From NCBI GenBank assembly GCA_030704615.1, contig CM060732.1, positions 38,502,001 through 38,566,000 on the forward strand: a stretch of 64,000 nucleotides of DNA. The letters are read 5' to 3'. The stretch comes from Takakia lepidozioides. Its lineage: Eukaryota; Plantae; Bryophyta. This document shows positions 26,826 to 38,700 of this stretch, in pieces. The position numbers and the translations under genes are program-made. Below the pieces are notes generated by a model. That model had not been told where the DNA came from and did no database searches. It worked only from the letters and a program-made list of their open reading frames with translations. Position 1 is the first letter of the stretch. Every line of letters starts with the position of its first letter.

Positions 26826-29800
26826 TTCTTCAGATCGTAGAGTCAGTCTGATTGCCTTTCAAACACTCCTTCTCTTTCATTCTGTAGCAGGAACATGTGA
26901 TTGTCGGCATTTGATTCTAGTGTAGTGCGATTGTCGTTAACGCCATTCGATTCTCCTCATGAGCTTTATGTATCTGTGTGCGTGGAGGTAGAGTGATGGT
27001 CGGCATATTCAGTTAGTTAGTCTTGCATTGCATTTTCTATGTTTCAGGTTGAACAGATTAGGGAAGTGGAATGGCGGTACCGCCAATCACTTTTTTGGCG
27101 ACCATACTGTAGATTCATGTAGAGTATCGATTGGAAAGTACGTTCGAGACAGACAAGAAACAATGATTGTTTGTGACGATCATCACAATGGAGTCTCTCT
27201 GACTTATCTGCACTCAATTTCTGCCCTAAACTAGACTGAGTGTCGGTGCCGCCAATCACTTAGACATATATTTCATTGCACCAAACCGATCCAGCAGGTC
27301 CTTCAAATGCAATGTCAAATGCATTGTCGTTAACGCCGTTTGCTAATGCTTAGAACCTCAGTGTACATGTTTGCCCGGAAACATAGTGATTGTCGGTACC
27401 GACCATCACTATGTAGTCATATTGTTTTGGTTTGCATTCGTCTGGATCAGCTTTGGTTTTGTAGATTGTTGTGAATGTCGGTGCCGCCATTCACTGTGAT
27501 TTGAGAGGAGATAGAGTGATGGTCGGTACGGACGTTCACTATTTGCAGATTACTCACTGAAAGATGGCATCGTGCAGAAAACTGTGAAGTCCAAGCAGAC
27601 AAGAACAGAGGCAAAAGGTTCTGGAGATGGGGGCGAGTCAGGCAAGAGCTCTGAGAATAGCGATGAAGCAGATGAACTTGAAGTGCACTACCTTGACAAG
27701 GTGAAAGAACTCATGTCATTCCAGAAGGTAAACTCTCAGGAGGTTATTAGGGACATGCTCGTCTCTAGAGGGCGTCTGGACATCCCACTATGCCGGATGA
27801 TATCTATGCCTCGAAATTTATAGTAATAACTTTTTTCGGGCTGTGACTTGCAGGAAAGGCAGCGATGGATCTTCAGGAGATACCCCCATTTGTGACGAGT
27901 CTGTTTTCGACAGCCCCTTTCCAATTTTCTGCTTCCTGTGTATGCCGAAGCAATGGCACTTCATGCGCCCGAGTCTCTATCCCCTGACTTTTTATTGCCC
28001 GGCCGTAGGTGTAGCCAGCGTAGATCCGGAGTTCTTCAATACTTAGACTTAGATGCAGAGGACGCAGGGATACATTGTATTGACTCTGAGTCAGATTGAA
28101 CTTTGTTCTTTTAATGTTCTGTTTCATCCTCTTCGGAAAACATTGAATCCCCTTACTCCACTGTAGTTGTTCCGGCAGAAAAAAAAGAAAATCAAAGAAT
28201 CCGCTTTCATTAAAATGGCAATATGTATGAATCCATCCGACAAACCCCACTCACTCTTGTCATATCCATTGTGCATTCATGTACTGTGCATTCGTGCGTG
28301 CTCCATTCGTGAATTTTTCCTTTATTAAACATCAAGTATACATTCATCCACTGTACTCTGTAATCCACCCCACAAACCTATCACACTCATGTCATATACA
28401 TTGTGCATTCATCTACAGAGTATTCATGCATCCTCCAGTCATGAATGTTTTCCATTATTCCATCCATTATACATTCATCCATTTTACTATTACCCATCCC
28501 ACATTCATCCATCTACTTTCATTTTTCGCACTCATCCATCTGTTTATCATCCACTCTACATTCATCCATCCTTCATTCATCTGTTGCTTTCAGGTGGGAT
28601 TGACCACGTCCTTTTATTATGTCGTCCAGCTTGTTTCCACGGTGAAGGGTGCTCTTCCGCGGGAATACACTCCACTTCTTCCTTGGCGCGTGGTGACGGG
28701 GCCTTCAAGCGCAATGACGTGGAGTGAGCCCCGTGATGTGGCACTGCCGCAAGGTGACGTGGCGTGAGTGCAGTTGCGTTCACACGCTCACGCGACCAGG
28801 CTCACGTCGAGGCATCCCTGGTACTCATGCGGGCCCGTAACATCTCGTTGGATGTACCCCATGGAGCAGGCAATGAAAGATATGAAGGGCTACGTAAGAA
28901 ACATGGCAAGGCCCGAGGGGAGCATGGCAGAAGGATACCAATTTGAAGAAGCATTGGGTTTTTGCACAGAGTATATGGCAGGATTTGATGGAAGTGTACG
29001 AAGGGTGTGGGATGCAGATGAGGCAGAATCTGTGGAACGTGAAGTTGTGGAAGGAAGTTCTAAAGCCCAAAAATTGAATGACCTGTGTGATATTGTACAT
29101 GAGTACATCATCCAGAACCATCCTCGTCTATCAGTCATGTTGGGGTAAGAAATCTACTTCATTGACATTCAAATTTCCAAGTTTTAGTCATTTATCATTA
29201 GTTGGCATATGGCGTCTTTTCAAATCTCCCACGCCACCTCTGTCAATCTCCTGGCTGACCCTCGGATTGTGACAGGATATATGAAGCAGAGTCCACACGG
29301 ATAGAAGCCAGACGATGCTTGTTTCGTGAGGAGCAAGGGCTGGAAGGCATGAACAATCCCACGGCAATTCAGTACCCTCCTGATTTGCATCCTTGTCCTC
29401 CATTTGCTGGTTGGCTCCCTCAAGGTGTACGGGATCATCTCTCAATTCAATCAGATGGGCTTGATCCTACAACACGTGAGGAATTACTGGATCTTTCAAG
29501 GTCTCCATCATTTACTACCCTGTCATTCAAGAGTATGACAGCGTATGGTAACCATTACAAGGTTACATCCCCCGGCATGAACACAACAAGTATGGTGTCT
29601 TTTGATTGTGGAGTCTCATCTGTTTTCCAGCACCAGCCCATTACCAACAATTCAGGCAATGACATGGAGGAACCTACAAGATATGTGGGTCTTATAAGGG
29701 AGATTTTGCAAATTGACTATGGCCAAACACAGCCTATAGTGTTTTTGTGTTCGTGGGTACGGGCGAGTCGCGTGGGTTGTCAACCTATGTCAATGAAGCA

Positions 29801-30329
29801 GGATGATGCTGGCTTCACACTTGTCAATTTTAACCGTATGCTTCCATCTTCTGAGCAACCTTTTGTGTTTCTTGGCCAGGTTGATCAAGTATTTTTTTCT
29901 GATTGTGTGAAGGAGCCGGGGTGGAAAGTCGTCCTGGAGAAGAGCCCCCGAGCACGTAGAGTGGTCTGCGACATATCAATTGATAATGATGATGTGGCGG
30001 AAGTGGAAGGATTGTTAGCCCCACAAAGACTAGAGGAGACTCTGGTTACTGATGGCCCAACCTGCAGCCGAGCGGTACCGGTTACTCCAGAGCAGGTGGC
30101 CTCCTTGTACCTCCGAGCACCCTGTATATGTGGTGATGATGTTCAGCCAACCCTTGGACAAGATCAAGTCTGTGATGAAGACAGTGATACATGTAGTGAC
30201 CCAGACATAGATGAGGATGATGAAGATTAGATATGCGCGATTTGTGCACTCCAGTTATAGACCATGCATGATAGTTTAAGGTGGTAACACTCCCTTCGCA
30301 TTCCCATTAAGATATCATGCTTGGACACT

Positions 30330-31130
30330 GGATTTTATGATCAGCATATGGAGTGCTTTCCTTTCAGCACCCTTTATTCATTTGTTGTTGCAATTGGCTT
30401 TGGACCAACCCGTGCTGGTACCATTGCCATGGGTTCTGCCTGCAATGTTTTCTTGCCATGGATTCGGCACACGCCACGAAAGGCCATCCAGACCATCCTC
30501 TAGAAATGCTCCAATGTTGTTTCAAACATCTCCACATTGCAATGGATACAACACTGACATTAGATGAGTGAAAGTGAGACTAGACCTCCAGCCAGCCGGC
30601 TTTCCCACATCAAATTGAAGGGGATCTGTAGATTATAGATAACGGCTGTTGCCTTCTCAATGTCTTTTCCAATCACCTCTGCAATGAACTGGGGTATAAG
30701 ATCCTTCAAATCACAAGTTTGAGCATCACGCACAAGCCACTTACGGGGATAGAGTTTCCAATGCGAACCATTGGTCTTTTATTGATAGCATTGTTGTAAA
30801 ATACATGGACCAACATGGTCAATTTCGGGAATGACATATAGTACGCTTTCATGTACTATGTAAGCATGCAACTATGTACCAGTGACGTGGCTTGTTGCCA
30901 CTTAACCTGTTTGCCCATTCAGCCAGCTCCACATTGTCATGGATTTTGCATGCTGGATTGTGAGGCCATCCACACCGTCCTCTGGAAATGCTATCATGGG
31001 GTTTCAGCTATGTCCACATTTCCCTGGATTATGCCTGCACGAAGCAAGGCCAACTGCATTCAGCACCCTCCACTTTATTATAGTATTGCAGCAACATTCA
31101 AAGCACTTCAATTTGTATCCATCGAAAACA
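30330..31130 (-). pseudogene. Captured PPR E-domain-like fragments in CACTA-1
   Basis: VWMAFRGVCRIHGK (about 30455-30497) and VWMAS../ACKIHDNVELAEWA (about 30912-30975). Confidence 0.6.
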
Positions 31131-31452
31131 TCTAGGCTGGAAAAAGACATTGTTGCAGCCGAACTTAGGACAGTACTTCTCCCCTTCCACTACACACGTT
31201 CCATGAAAGAAGCCAACCAACAGCATACCAGCCAAGAAAATATGAAACCAGCCAAGAAAAGAGCCAATATATGCAGTGAAGGTCGACACTAAATGAAACT
31301 TATCCAACACTTACATTAGAGGAGGGAAGCTAAGTCTTACCTCCATAAGCTTGCCCACATCAAATTTGGGAGCTTTCAGAATTTTTCCTTTCCGGTTGAA
31401 TGAACTTGGCTACAAGATCCTTCAAATCACAAGTTTGAGCTTCACACACAAT
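30585..31452 (-). pseudogene. RPS3A: Two captured fragments of 40S ribosomal protein S3a (eS1) at about 30585-30733 and 31338-31452
   Basis: VRDAQTCDLKDLIPQFIAEVIGKDIEKATAVIY and EAQTCDLKDLVAKFI...ILKAPKFDVGKLME followed by a GTAAG donor. Confidence 0.82.
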
Positions 31453-32867
31453 GAACTTGCAGGGATTGAGCTTCCAATGCGAACTAGGAGTCTTATATTG
31501 ATAGCATTGTTGTAAAACACATGGACCAACAATGACAGTCTCTGGAATGACATATAGTACAGTAATGACATATAGTACAGCATGCCGCTTCCAGTTGACC
31601 ATCTACCCATGTAGGTTTCTTGTACCTATCCTTCCACAGGGAATCATAGGTAATGTGGAGCTTGAAATCCAGCCCTCTTGGATGAATTTGGACCCACACT
31701 CTATCCCTGCTCCTTCAGCTATCCATGCCTCTGACAGCCTACAATTCTACCAGCAAACACCCCAACCATACTGGTGTGGAGTTCTTCCCCAAAACACCCC
31801 AACCCTACTTATCACAATCTGAAATGCATCTGCTTCTCTCTGTAGTCCAACAGGCATTAGCCTTTTTGTCTCCATTGTCCCACCATTGGGGTCAGAAAGT
31901 GTTCACCCCAAAGCTTCTCCTCACCTCTATTATATGTTTTTGGATACTTCCCTGCTGCCACACTGGCAGTAACTTGCCAAAGTCACTCCAACCACCACAG
32001 ATCTACCCAACGACCTAACTTACAGAATTCAATATGCATCTTGTGGCCGAGTCTGATGAGAGGGCAACACAGGCTGAAATAGGTTGAAGAAGAAGGTGCC
32101 CTACCACATTGTCCTTGACCTGTCCTGACCCATGGGGGATTTGACCGATGACCTCTTGTGTGTGCTGCTTGTGTCTGTAGTCAGGTAATGTCGGATTGGT
32201 CTGTCAGATCGAACCACTACGGCGTAGATGAGTAGTCAGAGATTGAAACACGCTTGCTAAGACCAAGCTGACTCTCCCAAGAACGGAGAGCTCGCTTCTC
32301 CTCGTCTCGTCTCCTCCTCCTCTTCTCCTTCGTGCATCATTTGCTCAACGCCTCCATCCCACGCCCCTGCATATCCTGCTATCATCGTGTTCCATCCCTC
32401 AGCTATGTGGTGTGGCGCAGGAGACAAAAAGACGCCAAGTCCCAGCCCTCCTTTCTGTTCATGATTACACTAATGGGCAACCTTATTAGCAATTTTTTTA
32501 ACTTTTTAAAACCTAATGGGCAACCTTATTTGCATTATATGTGCCTTCAAAATGACACGTGTAGTGATGTAGTCGTATAAACAGAGCTCTGAAACCATCT
32601 TCAGTCATGGAGTCACAAGATTCCATGAAACGTCGTCCACATGTAGTCAAACATATCATACTAGTCATATAAACCATCCATGTCATCATGGTCAACAATG
32701 TTTGACCAATGCTCCCTAACTTTCCGGAGTCATGTAGTGATATCCATTACTACAAAATCATAAAACTAAAACTGTAATGCATTTCAGCGCTCTGTAGTCA
32801 TGTACCTAGTGCAGTTTTTATGACTCCGCCAAAGCTGTAGTCCTAAAAACGCTCATCTCTTGTAGTG

Positions 32868-34623
32868 AATCAACGCTATTCGGTAAGTCTGTTGGTCCAC
32901 AGCACCGGTCCATTGTCGAGGTCCACTGCAGCAGTCCATTGCTACATTCCACTGACAGACTCCTGTGGCGAAACCCGATGGCAGTTCGCTGGGCAAATCC
33001 ACAAGTAGTCCGCTGGCAAGTCCGCTGCTAGTCCCCGACAAGTCCGCTCGGCAGTCCGCTAGCAAGTCCACTCGGCAGTCCTTGGCAAATTTGCTGGCAA
33101 GTCCACTCGGCAGTCCCTGGCAAGTCCGCTTGGCAGTCCGCTGTGGCAGTCCGCTGCCCCAGTCCTAGCTAGGAGAAGTCCAATGGGGAAGTCCACTGGG
33201 TAGTCCAATGGGGTTATTCCAACACATCAACGTCATGGCATTGTACTGTCCACTGGGCGAGTCCAGTGGCTCTGCCCGCTGATACAGGTCGCTGTTACAG
33301 TCCACTCCGACAGTCCACCATTGCAGTCCGATCCCAAGACTCTAATGTGTACCATGTCTGTTGTGCAGAATTGTTTTTGAAGGAGTACTCATTTTCCTCT
33401 ACCTTTGGCATGTCCGTAAGGCATGGGTGAAGCAATCATGCAAGAAAACGAAGGATCCGGTGACCGTTGTAAACTTGTTGAAGGATATGGGAGACCTCAT
33501 GTACTGTAGAGGGGGACCACGCAACGAGAAAAGAGCGCTTCGGTGGGTTGTAAGGAGAATCCGTCGTATGAGGTCAAAATACCCGAAAGGACATGAATTT
33601 CTTGACTATATCGAACAGTACTGGAAGCCCAAAATAGCAATGTGGTGTATAGCAGCCCGCCATGTCCCTCATGCGAGCCAAGACACAAACGCAAGCATTG
33701 AGGCATACCATGGAAATCTGAAGGCAAGACTTGCCATGGGGAAAGGCAAGATGAGTGGTCGTAGAGTGGACTGGCTTATATGGGAACTCACTGGCCGTGT
33801 GCTAACTCACTACTGGTACGCAATCCATTTGAAGACCCACGGGTTCATAAGAAATGACAAACACGAAAAGTACATATCCAGTTCTATACTTGCGGCACGA
33901 GACATTCCTGCTGAGAGTGTTAGTCTTCCCTTGGGTCCTGGTGAACCAGCCTACGTTCTCAGCAGCAACCACCTCGACACAACATACATTGTTTACAATC
34001 CTGATTGCGATTGGGCTTGTTGCACGTGCCCATGGGCAATGAAGGGAAACTTATGCAAGCATCAGGTCCGTGTCTTGAAGATGCTTCACCCTGACCTGCA
34101 CGATGGCCTCCTTGTGCGCGCTTGTGGCACGGCACTGGGAACCATTCATGGAGGATTACCTAACTTGCTCTTGGGCAATGGTGCCGACGGCAACGACGAA
34201 TCCAATCAGTTCATGGAAAGACATCCTCCGTACGACTTCCCCTACGACGAGGCACCTCTAGAGGTCTCAGCCTCAATGGAACAAGAATTCGCGGACATAC
34301 TTCGCATTGTAGGTGATGACAAATACCTGGAGGCACATGCCCGATCTGCTCTTTGTATGTGCAGAGGGCAGCTCGTTGATATCCTGGCGAAAAGTGCGGC
34401 TGGAATGTTGCACCCTGCGGCAGCGAAGGCTTTCCGTTCTCTGAACAACAACAACAACATGTCTCTGAAAAGGAGACGAGATTTCGTGGAGGCCTGGAAA
34501 ACCCGGCCTAGGGTTTTGCGGAGAACCAGCAAGAGGGTGTCTGCACCTGCACCTGTAGCACATATATACTCAAAAATTCGCAAGGTTTCAAGTCGTGTAG
34601 GTGTCACGAAGAAGACAATATAA
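32868..34623 (+). pseudogene. MULE-1 transposase C-terminal part with SWIM finger
   Basis: Resumes after the TSD as (E)INAIR, intron GTAAGT at about 32883, then LYLWHVRKAW, FLDYIEQYW, ASQDTNASIEAYHGNLK, RRVDWL and CCTCPWAMKGNLCKH. Confidence 0.9.
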
Positions 34624-35371
34624 GTCTGCAATGCCTCGAAAAGAGACAAGGTTTCAGGTCGTGTAGGTGTCACGAAGAAGACAATATAAGTCTGCAATTT
34701 CTCTGGTAGCATTGTCCCTTTCTGAAATACAAGTCCGCAATGGACTCATGCACAGTCTCCCTACGGACTCCTCCAGTCTCCACAATCCCAGCACACTCCG
34801 GCACAAACTCCCATCAGACAGCTGCAGAGTCCCATAATGGACTCCTGCATAGTCTCCCAACGGACTCACGCACAGTCTCCCAACAGAGTCACAGTCGACA
34901 GACTGCGAACGCCAGTAAGCCAGTCTGCTACCCACTCCAAAAGTCTGCTCACCACACTTCCACCTCATCCCTGCAACTCTTCCAGCAAACTGCTGGACAG
35001 ACTAAGTCTCAAGCAGACTCATCCACAACAACAGACTCAAAATGGACAGGCTCCAGTGGACTATCTCCCTAACGACTCATGCCAATCCAGCGTCCCAACG
35101 GACTCATGGACATGGTGCCTACCAGACTAGGTACCAGACCCACCAGTCCTAGCCTCGGCAACGTACTGCTTGCACATTCAAGCTCAGCAGACTCGGGTGC
35201 ACAGTGCATGGAAAAATTGACACCATTGTGTCCATTGAGTTTAGTGACAACATTACAAAACATGCCAGCACCCACAGTACACAAAAGTGCTCATCACCAC
35301 TGGAATAGTAAGCGAAAAGACTCGCATTTTTTATTTCGGTACATAGACTTCACAGGACAAGTACATCATAC

Positions 35372-38300
35372 TCATGAGAGCAGTCTCTCTACATTGTCCA
35401 ACCCCCGCACAATATACTGGGCACACTGCATTCGCTGCCCAAGTGCAAACTTGAAAGTAAACCAGTCCTTCGTGAAAGGTGTTCCTCTCTCTGGCTTTGC
35501 AGTCTTGGAGACATTTCCTTTGACTTTTACCCACTCATAAAACACTTGAATGAATAACATGACGTAGAAGCCATACTCCCAGCTGAATGGTTGCTGGGGT
35601 ACATCAGGCATGGAACTGAAATGCTTGGACAATCTCATGCCACTCCGGTGAGTCCATCGAGTACCCTAAGCACTCAGCATGAAGCTTCCGAATCCACCCT
35701 AGAACAAAAGGACAACCATGCGAGTCCTTGATAGAGTTCAGGTGAGTGTAACAGCCCTTGCGGAGGTCGATGATACAAACACTCCAGTGCCCCCTGCAAT
35801 GGTATCAAACAACATGGCGTCATTGCACAATCATGATGGGGCAGACTCAGCAGACTGACACTCAGCATACCGACCACTCAACAGACTCAGCACTCAGCAG
35901 ACTCAATCTTCAAACCCAGTCCACTTCACAAATATAGAGGTCAACTTAATCGCTTGGAGTCAATACGACACTGTGAAACCAGACTATGACTCAGGAGACA
36001 GTCTCAGCAGACTCGGAAGAGTTCTTATTCGTCCCCAATTGGCACCAAAATGAAATCGCACTCTTTCAAGTCCTTGCCCAGTCGTTCAGTGCTGAGGCAA
36101 CCTTTCAAGACCTCCAGAAGGCTTTCACATTGCCCCACCCCCAATGACTTCAACACCGTCCACGTCGACGTTGGAAAAACAGCAATAGTGTTGGTGAACG
36201 CAACCTCAACCGACTTCTCATAGAATCGACACCACAGCTCCAGGAGTCTATCTGTGCACTCTTCAGGAGCGCCTTTATGTCATCTGGCGACAGTCCGCAT
36301 TCAAACCGTAGTGTAGTGTGAGTGCAGGGGGTAAAAATTCAAGTTTTTGTTTGGCATCAGGTTTCGGCACTACTACAAAGGGAGTGCCCTTCGTGCTAAT
36401 GAAGGGGAGGAATTGTCCATAACTTGAGGTAATTCCATGGAAAGACTATGATATTGATCTGCCAAAAACAAAATATGGCTAAGTAATGACATGCGCCTTT
36501 TCATCCCTAGGATGAATGATTTTCATCCATGATGTTGAACCCTAGAAGCAGGATGTGAAATTCGAAGGGGAAGAGTGCGTGTATCTTTTCGCAGCTGCTG
36601 CAGTGGTGTTGGCAGCACAAGATATCTGAGAAAGTTCCACCTACGCAAAGGGTATCAGCTTGCTTTTAAGAGAAATGTTAAGAGCTCCTGCTTGGCTTTC
36701 TGTGCAAGAAGAAGCGGTGCCGCCTTCTTCGTAAGCAATGATCAAACCAGAGGGATCAGGTTTGTGATAAGGGCGGTGCACCACTGCTGTCGCATTGTCT
36801 TGATGAGCACATTAATGAGGAGATGGAGCGGCTCAGCAGGTGTTGGGGGATGAGAAATGCAGGCTGGTGTGTATAGCGCCTCAGGTTGTCTGTGATCAAA
36901 TCTTGTAGCTGCTATCTGTTTTTGAGCTTTAGGACCAGATCACTTTGTAAGGGAATCAGCTTGCCTTAAAGAGCGACGTTAAGGGATCTGGCTTGGCATT
37001 CTGTGCAAGAGGAAGCGGTGCCGCCTTCTGGTGTGTATGGCGCTTAAGCTACCTATAATTAAGTTTTGTATCTGCTCTCTGTCTTAAAGGCTGTAGGACC
37101 AGATCACTTCATAGGGAAGAAATGCACATGTAGAAGGATAGGGTAGAGGTTGGCAGACACAAGGATGTGCCAGCAGCTGAAGCAGAGCCGTCATGCCTTG
37201 ATGAGGACTGGAATCACGATAAGAAGAGACGTCGGAAATGGCTGACGAGGGAGAGGACAAGGTGCTTTCGTGACAGGCAGACCCGCCGCTTCAATGAGTA
37301 TAAGACAGATAAGTTTGAAGAGTGGCTTTCTCTTTTTTTTGGGTGACTTAGAAATCGCTTTGTGAAGTTTGGACTGTCTCTTGTATGTAGTAAGAGACAC
37401 TGACATGTGAGGAAGAAAAAGAGCTTTGGAAATGGAATGAAGACACTGGACTTCAAACCAGGATGGACTGGAGATGGATGCACCTGCTGTTACATTGTAG
37501 AGTAGGAAAAATGAATGGAAACAGGTTGATTCGTTGCTGGGACAGAATGGTTGTGTTGTTGTATTCTTGTTTCTTGTTTCAGCGTCATGAGCTTGTACAA
37601 ACAATCTAGCCTGGGATGTTGACACATTGCAGTCAATGTGGAACTAGCTTAGTAGGTAGAGGAAACCAGTGAGAGTTAGATAGAACTGTTTGGAAACAAC
37701 AAGAAGGGATGATGTGGATGGGGCACAAAAACCAACATCTGTTTGGGTTTGGATCTGATTCTCAGGGTGCTCTCAGCATGTGAACCACTGAGGTTCACAG
37801 TTGATGGGAAAAAGAGAGCTGTCAGGGTGTGTAAATTGAGACCTGTAGAAGGGTTGAGAGCTGTCTTGGGCAAATGGCTACACCTGGGAAAAGTAGAGTG
37901 TGAAGCATCTGTCATTGGCAAGAGAGGGACTGATAAAAGGGCTGATTATATCTTGTGTGACCAAGGTTGATTTCAATGCTGGGTGCACTGGATGCTTGGC
38001 TGAATGCGCATTGCATTGCATCATAGACATGCTACAGTGGAAAGAGTGAGGAACCTACTCACCCTGAAGGAAAGAGAAAGGGAGAGAGAAAAGGACATAA
38101 GGGAGAGAGCTGACCAGCAAGAGGGGATGGAGAGGAATGGATGATTGGGGCGGTAAGATAAAGAAAGCATGAACCCATGAAGGGCCAAACTGGTGGGCCT
38201 GCAACTCATGGCAGATCTGAGTTGCCTCCTTCCAAATCGTGATCTTATTACAAAGGGGATTCCACTTGTTGCTGACCAAGGAGCTGCCACAAGGGCAGTG

Positions 38301-38700
38301 GTCATCACTGACGTAGGGCTGGTTGCATCACTGAAGACAGCATGGTAACAGGGCTGGTGCAGTGTACCAGGGAGAGGATGTTGGTAGAAGTAGAAACCAC
38401 GGTTAAAACAATACAGACTCCCCATCCATGTCTTCTCTTCCGCTGCGGCGTGGATGAGGATTGTGTGAACTCTGATCATGAAGGACCTGAGGGAAACCCA
38501 CACCGAGTGACGAGGGTTGGATCACCTGAGAGGACAGCTCCTTTCCTTCCCTCCAATTGACTTGGGGAGGAGCACAACTACACTTGCACAGAAGGGGATT
38601 CACGCCCCTTCTTTTCACACTACAGTGGGTCCCCTTCAAAAAACATCAGCATGGAATTACCCGCCTTGACGTGCAGAGCATGTGCTTTGCCAACCGAGCG
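35372..38700 (-). pseudogene. Ulp1-like (peptidase C48) protease cargo of MULE-1, interrupted; catalytic Cys lost
   Basis: GDPRFECGLSPDDIKAL, LLELWCRFYEK, GHWSVCIID and VPQQPFSWEYGFYV. Homologous to 61640-62862. Confidence 0.72.
36312..38624. mobile_element. 2.3-kb non-coding insertion with TGTAGTGTGA...TCACACTACA termini (solo LTR or Ginger-like non-autonomous element)
   Basis: Perfect 10-bp inverted termini and a 4-bp TSD GTAG/GTGG (1 mismatch). Excision restores the Ulp1-like frame GDPRFEC, matching GNPRYDC in MULE-2. Confidence 0.8.

Larger units (their letters stand above)
19534..28820. mobile_element. Unclassified 9.3-kb insertion with imperfect GC-rich inverted ends, splitting the CACTA transposase
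   Basis: Flanked by direct repeat GTACT (19529-19533, 28821-28825). Removing it restores gag ttg tac tca tgc ggg ccc (ELYSCGP). Both ends share CGTGAGCCT..CGCGTGAGCG..CTCACGCCA in inverted orientation. Confidence 0.85.
16863..30230 (+). pseudogene. CACTA Tnp2/TnpD transposase (Transposase_21, DUF4218- and DUF4216-like), interrupted at 19534-28820
   Basis: LCNCDEC; LPKDNSLPKTHYEAK...IHACERGCVLF...CPMC; KVLRHFPVIPRL; LALDGVNP...STWPV; HDYPAYGLLSG; MHCEKN; GMKSHDYHVL; HLVVHLVDELY|SCGPVTSRWMYPME; EQPFVF...QVFF. Several stops and frameshifts. Confidence 0.93.
9843..32867 (+). mobile_element. CACTA (En/Spm) element CACTA-1 inserted in the MULE transposase; its left arm is inverted (11876-12944 within this span is MULE DNA)
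   Basis: The left TIR read on the minus strand from 11875 is CACTACAACAGATTAGCGTTTTTATGACT. The right TIR (reverse complement from 32867) is CACTACAAGAGATGAGCGTTTTTAGGACT. 3-bp TSD AAT. Subterminal TAGTCAT/ATGACT motif arrays lie at about 11250-11860 and 32560-32850. Confidence 0.92.

Noticed and set aside
26339-27545. Palindromic repeats suggesting a CRISPR array
   Set aside because: Whole 85-bp units are repeated with no unique spacers, later copies are irregularly spaced, there are no cas genes and the context is eukaryotic.
28279-28767. 162-aa His/Ile/Phe-rich ORF
   Set aside because: It arises from low-complexity (C/T)ATCC/ATTC repeats, not a plausible protein.
36350-36362. TGGCATCAG as an LTR primer-binding site
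   Set aside because: Short imperfect match, not adjacent to an LTR end and with no gag/pol downstream.
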